DNA of 42,605 nt from a virus (taxonomy: Duplodnaviria; Caudoviricetes), in the IMG/VR virus record IMGVR_UViG_3300020045_000175, positions 1-42,605 of that record; one strand, 5' to 3'. Within the stretch, counting starts at the first letter, position 1. Every line of letters starts with the position of its first letter. A program made the position numbers and the translations under genes. Of the stretch, positions 9,144 through 17,800 are shown in pieces. Below the pieces are notes generated by a model that had not been told where the DNA came from, ran no database searches, and saw only the letters and a program-made list of their open reading frames with translations.

Positions 9144-9626
9144 ATGACTTTTAAAAATCAAGCTGGTATCGGCGTGTACCAAAACTACGGTGCTCGTAGC
9201 ACTGGTCAAACTGCTGGCCTCGAAGATCAAGACGGTAGTCTGGTTCGCCTCAGCGTAACTCTGACTGGCAGTATGTTGAATGATGGTTTCATTCCTCCTG
9301 TCGTGCTGCCAAAGGGTGCTCTGTTCAAACGTGCTGACTTGCGCGTTGATGAAGCATTTGTGTTGGGTGGTACAAGCCCTACAGTGCGTATTGGTCTGGC
9401 TGGTTCTGTTGCAACCAACGGCATCGTGTTGACTGAAGCTGAATTGGAAAACGTTGGCTCTAAGGTTCCTGCATCTACTGGTGCTGGTACTTGGGCTTCT
9501 AACTCCTCTACAGGCACAACTGCTGCTGCTAAAATTGCTTTCGACATGGGTGGTACATCTCCTACGTCTACCACTGCTGGTAAAGCTGTTTTGGTGTTGG
9601 AATTCTTCAACAAAGCCAAGGCGTAA
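9144..9626 (+). CDS. Virion structural protein, probable capsid decoration protein
   Basis: Directly after MCP, MCP-like codon bias, Gly/Thr-rich beta-type sequence. Confidence 0.6.
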   Translation: MTFKNQAGIGVYQNYGARSTGQTAGLEDQDGSLVRLSVTLTGSMLNDGFIPPVVLPKGALFKRADLRVDEAFVLGGTSPTVRIGLAGSVATNGIVLTEAELENVGSKVPASTGAGTWASNSSTGTTAAAKIAFDMGGTSPTSTTAGKAVLVLEFFNKAKA

Positions 9627-9638
9627 TAACCTACAATT

Positions 9639-9668
9639 AAAGGAGCCTCTGTGCTCCTTTTTTTGTTT
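9639..9668 (+). terminator. Rho-independent terminator
   Basis: AAAGGAGC-ctctgt-GCTCCTTT followed by TTTTGTTT. Confidence 0.85.
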
Positions 9669-9681
9669 CTAAGGAAGAAAC

Positions 9682-10068
9682 ATGGCTAGGAAAAATAGTA
9701 ATAATTGTGAACACGGTGTTAATACACATAAGTGTAAACAATGTAAAACTGTTTATGATAAAGCGTATGCAGCCAAAGCCCTTCAAAAATATAAAGAATT
9801 TATCTCTAAATCAGGTTGTTTAGTTTGTGGTTTTAATCATCCAGATGCTTTAGATGTTCATCATCTTGCCTCATCGTATAAACGATACGGACGTTCTCAA
9901 AGTCATCAAGCTAATACGCAAGATTTAGAAAGTAATAAAGCAGTATTGCTTTGTTGCAATTGTCATTCAATTTTCCATGGATTCTTTGGTGGGCGTATGA
10001 AACCCTTCCCTCTATTAACTCCAATGGAAACTAAAGAGATAATTAATCTCGCAAGGAGAAAATCATAG
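9682..10068 (+). CDS. HNH-type homing endonuclease (free-standing insertion)
   Basis: CEHG..HKCKQC zinc motif, CLVCG...LDVHH...CCNCHSIFH His-Me finger; AT-rich relative to neighbours. Confidence 0.75.
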   Translation: MARKNSNNCEHGVNTHKCKQCKTVYDKAYAAKALQKYKEFISKSGCLVCGFNHPDALDVHHLASSYKRYGRSQSHQANTQDLESNKAVLLCCNCHSIFHGFFGGRMKPFPLLTPMETKEIINLARRKS

Positions 10069-10742
10069 CTATTCAACATAAGAATATCCCTGAAGCAGAA
10101 TTACACGAATCTAAAGGCGTATCGACAGCTGTATTAAATACAGCATATTTCGCTAACGGTGCAGGTAGTGGTTCATGGAAGAAGGTTGGTGCAGAAACTC
10201 TTAATGGCTTATCTGGTGACGGTGGTGTTGCTCGATTAAAAGTGGTTACAGACGGCGCTAACGGTTTTGACCTCTATCGTGATTATTCGTTTGGTAAGAT
10301 GCACATCACGAATAACACTACGCCTTTTGCGTTAACAGCTGCTGCTGATGCAACATTGAACACCTCTAGTCAATACGTATTATTGACAGGCTCTGGTGCT
10401 CCCTTTGCTAACGGCACAGGCGATGGTGTTACATTCTCAACTAACCGATTGACAGTTGGTTACGCAGGTGTTTACGATTTGAACTTCTGGGCATGTCTCA
10501 CAGGTTTCCCAAGTAACACAGCTAAAGTGGCAATGAAGTTTAAGATTAACGGTACAACATTCTCTGATATGAAAGTTGTAACTAAGTCTAACTCTAACGG
10601 TGATGATGGTATCCTAGCTGCTTGTGATTTAATCCAGCTTTCTGCTAATGATTATATTCAGCTGTACATTGCATCAGATGTTACAGGTAACGTTGTTATT
10701 AACAACTCAGCCCTCACAATGAAAATGATTAAGGCACTCTAA
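10065..10742 (+). CDS. Virion structural protein, probable ATA start (225 aa)
   Basis: Frame of 10242..10742 extends back to ATA 10065 (AIQHKNIPEAELHESKG...), preceded by AAGGAG at 6 nt; in-frame stop at 10044-10046 excludes an upstream ATG. Confidence 0.7.
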   Translation: MAIQHKNIPEAELHESKGVSTAVLNTAYFANGAGSGSWKKVGAETLNGLSGDGGVARLKVVTDGANGFDLYRDYSFGKMHITNNTTPFALTAAADATLNTSSQYVLLTGSGAPFANGTGDGVTFSTNRLTVGYAGVYDLNFWACLTGFPSNTAKVAMKFKINGTTFSDMKVVTKSNSNGDDGILAACDLIQLSANDYIQLYIASDVTGNVVINNSALTMKMIKAL

Positions 10743-11482
10743 TGAAAATGTCGCTACTTGAAATGATTCAGAGTATTCTGAACGAAATGGATGCTGACGA
10801 AGTTAACAATTTAGATGATACAGTTGAAGCACAGCAAGTAGCTCAGATCATTAAGGATTGCTACTACGAGATGTTGGGCAACCGTAATTGGCCCTTCATG
10901 CGTAAACTGTTTCAGATGGATGCATCTGGTAGTACAGCTAAACCTAATTACTTAAAACTCCCTGACAACCTTAAAGAACTTGTGTCATTTAAATATGACA
11001 ACGGTACTCCGTCAGAACCGCTACTCCAAGATGTAGTGTATAAAGAACCAGACGCATTCTTGCGTTATATCTCTAATCGTAATGCTACGTTAGACAACGT
11101 AACTATTGTTACTGACTACGGGGGTTCTAAACTTCTTATCATCAACGATAAACCTCCACAATACTGGACTTCGTTTGATGACACATATCTTGTAACTGAT
11201 TCGTGGGACAGTACAAAAGAAACTACATTGCAGAAGAGCAAGACACAATGTTTGTCTTACCTTGTTCCAGTGTGGGTTCGTACTAACGAAGCAATTCCTG
11301 AACTCCCTATTGATGCATTCCCTGCTTTGTTGGCAGAAGCTAAGAGCACAGCGTTCTTGGCACTGAAACAAATGGCAAACCAAAAAGCTGAACAGAAAGC
11401 TGGACGACAACAACGTTGGTTGGCTCGTAAAGCATGGCGAGCTGAAGGTGGTGTACAATATCCAAACTACGGCAGAAAATGA
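10742..11482 (+). CDS. Tail tubular protein A / adaptor (T7 gp11-like)
   Basis: Size, synteny, LLEMIQSIL..MDADEVN N-terminus and NWPF motif. Confidence 0.7.
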   Translation: MKMSLLEMIQSILNEMDADEVNNLDDTVEAQQVAQIIKDCYYEMLGNRNWPFMRKLFQMDASGSTAKPNYLKLPDNLKELVSFKYDNGTPSEPLLQDVVYKEPDAFLRYISNRNATLDNVTIVTDYGGSKLLIINDKPPQYWTSFDDTYLVTDSWDSTKETTLQKSKTQCLSYLVPVWVRTNEAIPELPIDAFPALLAEAKSTAFLALKQMANQKAEQKAGRQQRWLARKAWRAEGGVQYPNYGRK

Positions 11483-11691
11483 TTATTATTTATAAAGGCT
11501 ACCAAATTAAGCCACATGCCCAAACTCCAACATCTTACATTGTTGTGACTGATGGTAAGGGTGGTAAAGTACCTGATGTACTAACCAGCTTGTTCACTAC
11601 CGCTGTGTACGCTAAAGCTGCTATTGATAAATACTTAGATAGTAAGCCTGTGAAGGAAGTGAAGAATGGCAAAGAAATCAATCAAAGCTGA
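11479..11691 (+). CDS. Hypothetical protein
   Basis: Overlaps both neighbours; GKVPDVLTSLFT motif. Confidence 0.65.
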   Translation: MIIIYKGYQIKPHAQTPTSYIVVTDGKGGKVPDVLTSLFTTAVYAKAAIDKYLDSKPVKEVKNGKEINQS

Positions 11692-13954
11692 GTTTAAGAA
11701 TTTTATCAAGGGATTGATTACAGAAGCTAGTCCTGTAAACTTCCCTCCTGAAGCCTCATACGACGAAGAGAACTTTCAACTTAATCGTGATGGTACTCGT
11801 GATCGTCGTTTAGGCTTGGATTATGAAGCTGATTATCAGCTCCGTGATTTACCTATTGATGCAGCTACATTGTTAAATACTGATCCTGTTACGTTTGAAT
11901 GGCGTAACGTGAATGGTGATTCTGGTACAGTGTTCTTGGTTCTTCAGATTGCTAACAGCTTGTTATTCTTTGACTTGGAAGCCTCTGCTATTTCACGCGA
12001 TGGTTACAAGGGTTCACTAAGCTCAGTATTTACAGAAACCAATCCTTATTCGTTTGCTAGCGTAGATGGACGACTGGTTGTAGTTTCTGGTGCAAAGACA
12101 GTTGCTGTTGTTACATACAATGGTACAAGCTTTGCTAAGACAAACGTAACATTAAAAACACGCGATGTGTGGGGCTTGGAAGAGTCTTCCTCTCGTGAAG
12201 CAGATGCATCTCTGCGTACAGCTACATTGACATCTGCTGAATGGTATAACCTCTATAACCAGTCTTGGGGTATTCCTCGTAAGAATGCTTCTGGTACATT
12301 GGATGATCCAGCAGGTATTTACAAGACAGACCTTAGCGTCTACCCTAGTAGCCAAGAAGCTGTATGGGTGGGTTTGCAATATCAGCCAGTCTCTGGTACT
12401 ACAACTCCATATGAACGTATATTTACGAACTTGTATGTTGAGAAGCTTGGTTCAGATACATTTGCAGCCAAAGGCTATTTCATCATTGATCTATTAGATC
12501 GTAACGCTTCTCGTAACGCTGCTGTTGTAGCTAACGCTGCTAAGTACCCTGCACTTGACTATACATCCTTGGTTTATAGTGGTGCTGATTCTACAGCAGG
12601 AGGTCCGACAGCTGTTGCTGAGTTTGCTGGTCGTGTGTTCTATGGTGGCTTTACAGGGACTGTGTCAGGCGGTAATAAACGTAGTCCTGATCTCTCTAAC
12701 TTTGTAGTGTTCTCTCAGCTGGTTAAAAACAGCCAGGACATTAACAAATGTTATCAGGAAGGCGACCCTACCTCACGAGACAATTCTGACCTTGTAGACA
12801 CTGATGGTGGCTTTATTCGTATCTCTGGCCTCGACTCTGTTGTAGCCTTAGTGAACGTATCCTCAGCTATCATTGTTATTGCTAACAACGGTGTATGGTC
12901 TATTACTGGTGGTAGTGACTATGGCTTCTCTGCTACAAACTACAAAGTAGATAAGATTTCTGAATTCGGTGCTTTAGGTTCTCGTAGTATTGTTACTGAC
13001 TCTGGACGTGTGTTCTATTGGTCAGAAGATGGTATTTATGTTGTAGCTAAAGATCAGTACGGTGCTTATGGTGTAAATAACATTACTCTCACCACTATTC
13101 AAACATTCTACGAAGATATTCCAAACACGTCTAAGCAGAAAGTTGTAGGTGCCTATGACTCTGTTGGTAAAAAGATTCGCTGGTTATTTAAAGACGGTGT
13201 ACCATTTACTAACACGTCTGTAACTAAAGAATTGATTCTGGATTTAAGTATTAACGCTTTCTATGTTAATCGTATTATGAATAATGCGACTTACACAGCT
13301 GAAGTGTTTAGCGTATTTAAGTCATTACCATTCCAATCAGGAACAGGTAACGTATTGATTCAAGCAGGTACTGATGAAGTATTTACTGGTGCAGAGCCTG
13401 TTGTTATTCCTAACACTGGTCGTTCTGCTGGTTTACAGGCCAGTCGTTATTTGTGTATTATCAAAGACGGTGTAGATGCAATCTTTACGTTCGGTTATTA
13501 CAACAACCCCTTCTTTACAGATTGGGAAACAGTTGATGGTGTTGGTGTAGATGCTAAAGCATTCTTACAGACAGGCGCATATACAGCTGATGATTCTTCA
13601 ATTCATAAGCAAGTACCTTACCTCACTATGCATTTCTTGCGTACTGAGAATGGTGTAGATAGCGATTTGAACCCTGAAGGTGCTTCTAGTTGTTTTGTAC
13701 GTACTATGTGGGATTGGGCTAACGGATATAACTCTAACAAGTGGAGTCCATTGATGCAAGCTTATCGTTATCGTAAATCATACACACCTACTGGTCCTGA
13801 AGACACATTCGATAATGGATTCCAAATCATCTCTTCTCGTAATAAGTTACGGGGACGTGGTAAGGCATTCTCTTTATATTTCGAGACAGAGCCTTTAAAG
13901 GATTGTCGTATCATTGGATGGAGCTTGGCGCTTAATGGAAACTCAGTCACTTAA
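11666..13954 (+). CDS. Tail tubular protein B / nozzle (T7 gp12-like)
   Basis: 762 aa beta-rich; NFIKGLITEAS..ENF..RRLG N-terminus, FAGRVFYGG, KLRGRG C-terminus. Confidence 0.75.
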   Translation: MAKKSIKAEFKNFIKGLITEASPVNFPPEASYDEENFQLNRDGTRDRRLGLDYEADYQLRDLPIDAATLLNTDPVTFEWRNVNGDSGTVFLVLQIANSLLFFDLEASAISRDGYKGSLSSVFTETNPYSFASVDGRLVVVSGAKTVAVVTYNGTSFAKTNVTLKTRDVWGLEESSSREADASLRTATLTSAEWYNLYNQSWGIPRKNASGTLDDPAGIYKTDLSVYPSSQEAVWVGLQYQPVSGTTTPYERIFTNLYVEKLGSDTFAAKGYFIIDLLDRNASRNAAVVANAAKYPALDYTSLVYSGADSTAGGPTAVAEFAGRVFYGGFTGTVSGGNKRSPDLSNFVVFSQLVKNSQDINKCYQEGDPTSRDNSDLVDTDGGFIRISGLDSVVALVNVSSAIIVIANNGVWSITGGSDYGFSATNYKVDKISEFGALGSRSIVTDSGRVFYWSEDGIYVVAKDQYGAYGVNNITLTTIQTFYEDIPNTSKQKVVGAYDSVGKKIRWLFKDGVPFTNTSVTKELILDLSINAFYVNRIMNNATYTAEVFSVFKSLPFQSGTGNVLIQAGTDEVFTGAEPVVIPNTGRSAGLQASRYLCIIKDGVDAIFTFGYYNNPFFTDWETVDGVGVDAKAFLQTGAYTADDSSIHKQVPYLTMHFLRTENGVDSDLNPEGASSCFVRTMWDWANGYNSNKWSPLMQAYRYRKSYTPTGPEDTFDNGFQIISSRNKLRGRGKAFSLYFETEPLKDCRIIGWSLALNGNSVT

Positions 13955-14396
13955 AATAGAAATTGTACCGTTAGATAAATCTAATCGTGAATGGTTCACG
14001 GAAGTTGCTGCGGTACGTATGCTTACAGATGAACTTAAACGCCCACTCCTTGTTGATTTAGACAGGCTGTACTATCTTGCTATGCAAGGTGAAAAAGAAG
14101 GTACAGCCTTCTTAGCTAAACAAGGTGATGTTTATTGTGGGGCTATAGGTGGAATTCTTCATAACAACTTATTCAATCCTAAATTCAAGACGTTAACAGA
14201 AATCTTCTGGTATGTGTTACCAGAATATCGTAAAGGACGCGCAGGATATATGTTGTTAAAACAGTTTGATGAACGAGCTAAAGAGTTGGCTGACGATGTT
14301 GTCATCTCTCTTCTTCCATCTAGTCAAGTTAATGTAAATAGTTTAGCGAAAAAAGGCTTCATACTAAATGAGCAAGCCTTCAGAAAGGAATACTAA
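13935..14396 (+). CDS. GNAT-fold protein in tail module (T7 gp13 position)
   Basis: WYVLPEYRKGRAGYMLL acetyl-CoA-binding motif A, KKGF motif B; start uncertain (13914 or 13935). Confidence 0.7.
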   Translation: METQSLKIEIVPLDKSNREWFTEVAAVRMLTDELKRPLLVDLDRLYYLAMQGEKEGTAFLAKQGDVYCGAIGGILHNNLFNPKFKTLTEIFWYVLPEYRKGRAGYMLLKQFDERAKELADDVVISLLPSSQVNVNSLAKKGFILNEQAFRKEY

Positions 14397-14873
14397 ATGG
14401 CAGCTATATCAACGACAGTTGCAATTGTTGCTGCTGTAGTCGGAACAGCTTCTTACGTAGAAGCAAAAGAAGCACGAGCAGAACAAAAAGAAGCTTCAGC
14501 AAAAGCTGCTGAACAGCAAAAAGAAGCTCGCTCTGTACAAGAGGCATCTAATGTTCAACAAGCAGCAATGGAGAGTCGTCAACAAATTAGAGAAGCACGA
14601 GTACGTCGAGCACGTATTATGCAAAGTGCTCAGAATACGGGTACAGCATTCAGCTCGGGAGAATTCGGTTCTATTGGCAGTTTGGCTACCAACTTAAGTT
14701 CCAATATCGGAGCTAACCGTGGAGCTATTCAACGAGGTCAACAGATTAGTGTATTCCAACAAAACGCTGCTGATCTTAACTTAGCATCTCAGAATGCAGG
14801 AATTGATGCTGCAAACTCTCAATCATTATTTAGCTTAAGTACAAGTATTTTTGCTAACGCTGCAATGAAATAA
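14397..14873 (+). CDS. Internal virion (ejection) protein, small
   Basis: Hydrophobic N-terminus, Ala/Gln-rich helix, IREARVRRARI motif; gp14-like position. Confidence 0.65.
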   Translation: MAAISTTVAIVAAVVGTASYVEAKEARAEQKEASAKAAEQQKEARSVQEASNVQQAAMESRQQIREARVRRARIMQSAQNTGTAFSSGEFGSIGSLATNLSSNIGANRGAIQRGQQISVFQQNAADLNLASQNAGIDAANSQSLFSLSTSIFANAAMK

Positions 14874-14877
14874 TAAT

Positions 14878-17800
14878 ATGGAAGAAAACTCTCTCGACAG
14901 TTTGATGGGGTCTGAACAAAACCCTAATGACTTGGCAGTGTTCCAAGACAATCCACGAGTTGGTTTACAACTCCCAACAGCGTCTATTCGTAATCGTGCT
15001 GCGGTTACGTCTTTGCTGTCTGACAACCCTGACCAAGCTATCGAGAACTTCCAATTAATGGTTGCTGAGAACGAACAGGGTTCAGATGTAATTACAAAAA
15101 ATATCCAAGAAAAAGCTATTGCTCAGTCTAAAGCTAAGGACATGAAGACAATGATGGGTATTCTAGCTGACCCTTCTGTTCCATTCGAGCAGAAGCAAGC
15201 TGTTGTCCGAGGTTTTAATCAAACTAAAGAAGAGCCTTCTTCTGTATTGATGACAAATAATTTGTCTCAAGCCAGTAAAGGTGAAACACACGAAGCTGAG
15301 AAATCACGACTGTCTGTAGCCGATATGGTCAAACAAGTACGTGATGCTGTTGATCTTGAACAAGGTTTGGTTAACAGTTACATTGACGCTCGTTCATGGA
15401 AGAACCCAACGTCAGTAGCTGATACAGCTGCCACATGGTTTGCTCCATTCGGTACTAACATTGCTGTTGGTAAAGTTGGTGCAGCTCAATTGCCTGAAGG
15501 TGCTTCTGCTTGGCAAGTAACTAAACAGTTCTTGCTCCCAGGCTCATCTATGGCTGATATGCGAGACAAGCTGAAGGCTCTTCCAGCTGATGAACGTCTT
15601 GCTATTACTCAATCGTTGTTGACTACCATCTCTCAGAAGAGTGGTTTGATTATGTCTAGTGAAAACCAGATCAATCAAATGGTTATGGCTAACGACATTG
15701 TTAATGGCGATTACAACGATTTTGACAAGTGGGTTGATAACTTAGCTGGCTTGGTAGATATTGTAGGCTTGGGATGGGCTGCTAAAGGTCTTAAACGGGG
15801 CGCTAAGGTCGATAAAATCCTTGGTGCAGCTGAAGATACTACTACAGCAGGTCGAGTGCCTTCTGGGACGTTTGAGCCAACATTGCGCCAGCGTACTACA
15901 GAAGAGTTGCAAGGTGTAACTACAAGCTTCCAAGACAAACTTATTACTAATCTCGAGAAAGAGAAGAGTGAGTTGTTAGGTGCTGCTGGTAATGCTTTGG
16001 AACGTGGACAGGTTAAATCTTTGACAGATGAACTGGCTGCTATTAAATCTAAGCTGGTCCCTGAAGCAGACATTAAAGCTGCTGCTAAAGACATTCAGAA
16101 GACAGACAAGGTGAGCTTCAAAGAAGCTATGTCTACTGCTTCTAAGCGTATTGAAGAACTTAACGCTGAGATCAATGCCAATGCTATGCGTATTGAGCAA
16201 CAGATCGAAGCTAACCGTCAAGCTTCTACAGCTGCTCAACGTATCTCTGCTATTGAGAAAGAGATTAAACAGCTTCAGGACGCTCGTGTAGATAGTCCAG
16301 GTGCTCTCACTCCTATTGCTGATTTGGTACGTCGTATTGAAATGCGTGGTGTTGTATCCTCATACAATCCTGCCAGCCCAGCAGCTATCATCCAGCAGTC
16401 TAATCCAGAGAAAGCTCGTAATTTATTCCATGCTACTTTCGTTAGCGAAGGTGACGCAGCTGCTGAAGCAATCTATGGCTCTTCTAAGCTTGATGCTTTG
16501 GCTGGCGATGTGTTCCCTCAGATCGTTACTGAATCTGGTAAGGTTACATCTAAGCCTGTAGATATTCAACGTAGTTTGCGTAACTCAACAGATATTCCTG
16601 AAGAGATTATTGCTGCTGCTCATGCATCTGGTGCATTGGAATATACAGCTTCTGAGAAAGCTTTGGCTCGTGCTAACAAGGTGAACGACTTCTCATCCGC
16701 AGAAGGTTTGCACTTGATGGATAACATGAGTTCTTTCCGTCTTGATGGTCGTGAATATAAAATCTCTGCTGTGTACGGTACACCAGAAGGTTCATTCCTT
16801 AACGCACAACAAGCCTACGACCAAGCGTTGTATGCTCTGCGTAACCAAGGTGTGATGCCCGAAGAGATTACGATTATGATGAAGGATGGTCTTGACCACA
16901 TTCCAGTTAAGCTGGAAGACGTTAAGAACATTGAAGGCAACTACTTGGTGCGTGTTGAAACGAAACAAGAACTTGACCCTACAGACGTAACACAATGGGA
17001 AATGTTTGACGTTAAGCGTAATTGGCTTGATCGTCTGCCATTGGTAACAAACAGTAAAGGTAGTGCTTCTCGTTGGATGTTTGATGCTTCGTCTATGTTG
17101 CACCCTACATACACCAGTGCTGCTATTGTTGCTTCTGACCGTGCTGCTTCGTTTGAAAAGCTTATGTTGGAATTTGCTTCCACATTCTCTGACAAATATG
17201 TTAAGCTGCCTAAGGCTGAACAGTTGCGTGTTGATAACTACATCCGTGAAGCTAACGCTAAACGATTGAAGATGGACACAGCTGACTTGTTGGCTCGTGG
17301 TATGTCTAAAGAAGAAATCAGTGCTGTTAAGTCTTGGCGTGATTTCTGGGATGGTCACTTCTATCTTGAGAACTTAGACGTTGTTCGTTCATTGAACAGT
17401 CAAGGTTATCAGAAGCTTGTAGCTCCTAACGCAGATTTGTTTGCTAAGGAACTTAAAGTAAGTCCAGGCCAAGTTAAGATGTATGACCCAACAACTGACA
17501 TGGTGTTAACGCCTAGTGGTCAAGTAGTTAAGGATTTGTATGATAATGGAGGATATGTTGCACGTCTACGCCGTCCTAGTGCATTTGGTGCAGATACAGC
17601 TGAATATGTTATGGTTCGTAACAACGGTAGTGAATACCTTCGTAAGCTCCGTGACACAGACCAAGCTTTAAACTACATTGACGGTTATTATCAGGTTCAG
17701 TACAAGGCTCCTCGCTTTGTAGATGAAATCTCTCCTGATGGTATGCGTCGTGCTGTTGCTGTTGGTGGTGATACAGCTGAAGCTGAAGCATTTGCTACAC

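Noticed and set aside
9682-10068. Group I intron or ribosomal bypass explanation for the HNH insertions (also 40970-41511)
   Set aside because: Almost no non-coding flank to form a ribozyme core; gaps of roughly 380-550 nt are far longer than the 50-nt T4 gene 60 hop; well-spaced SDs precede ATA/ATT
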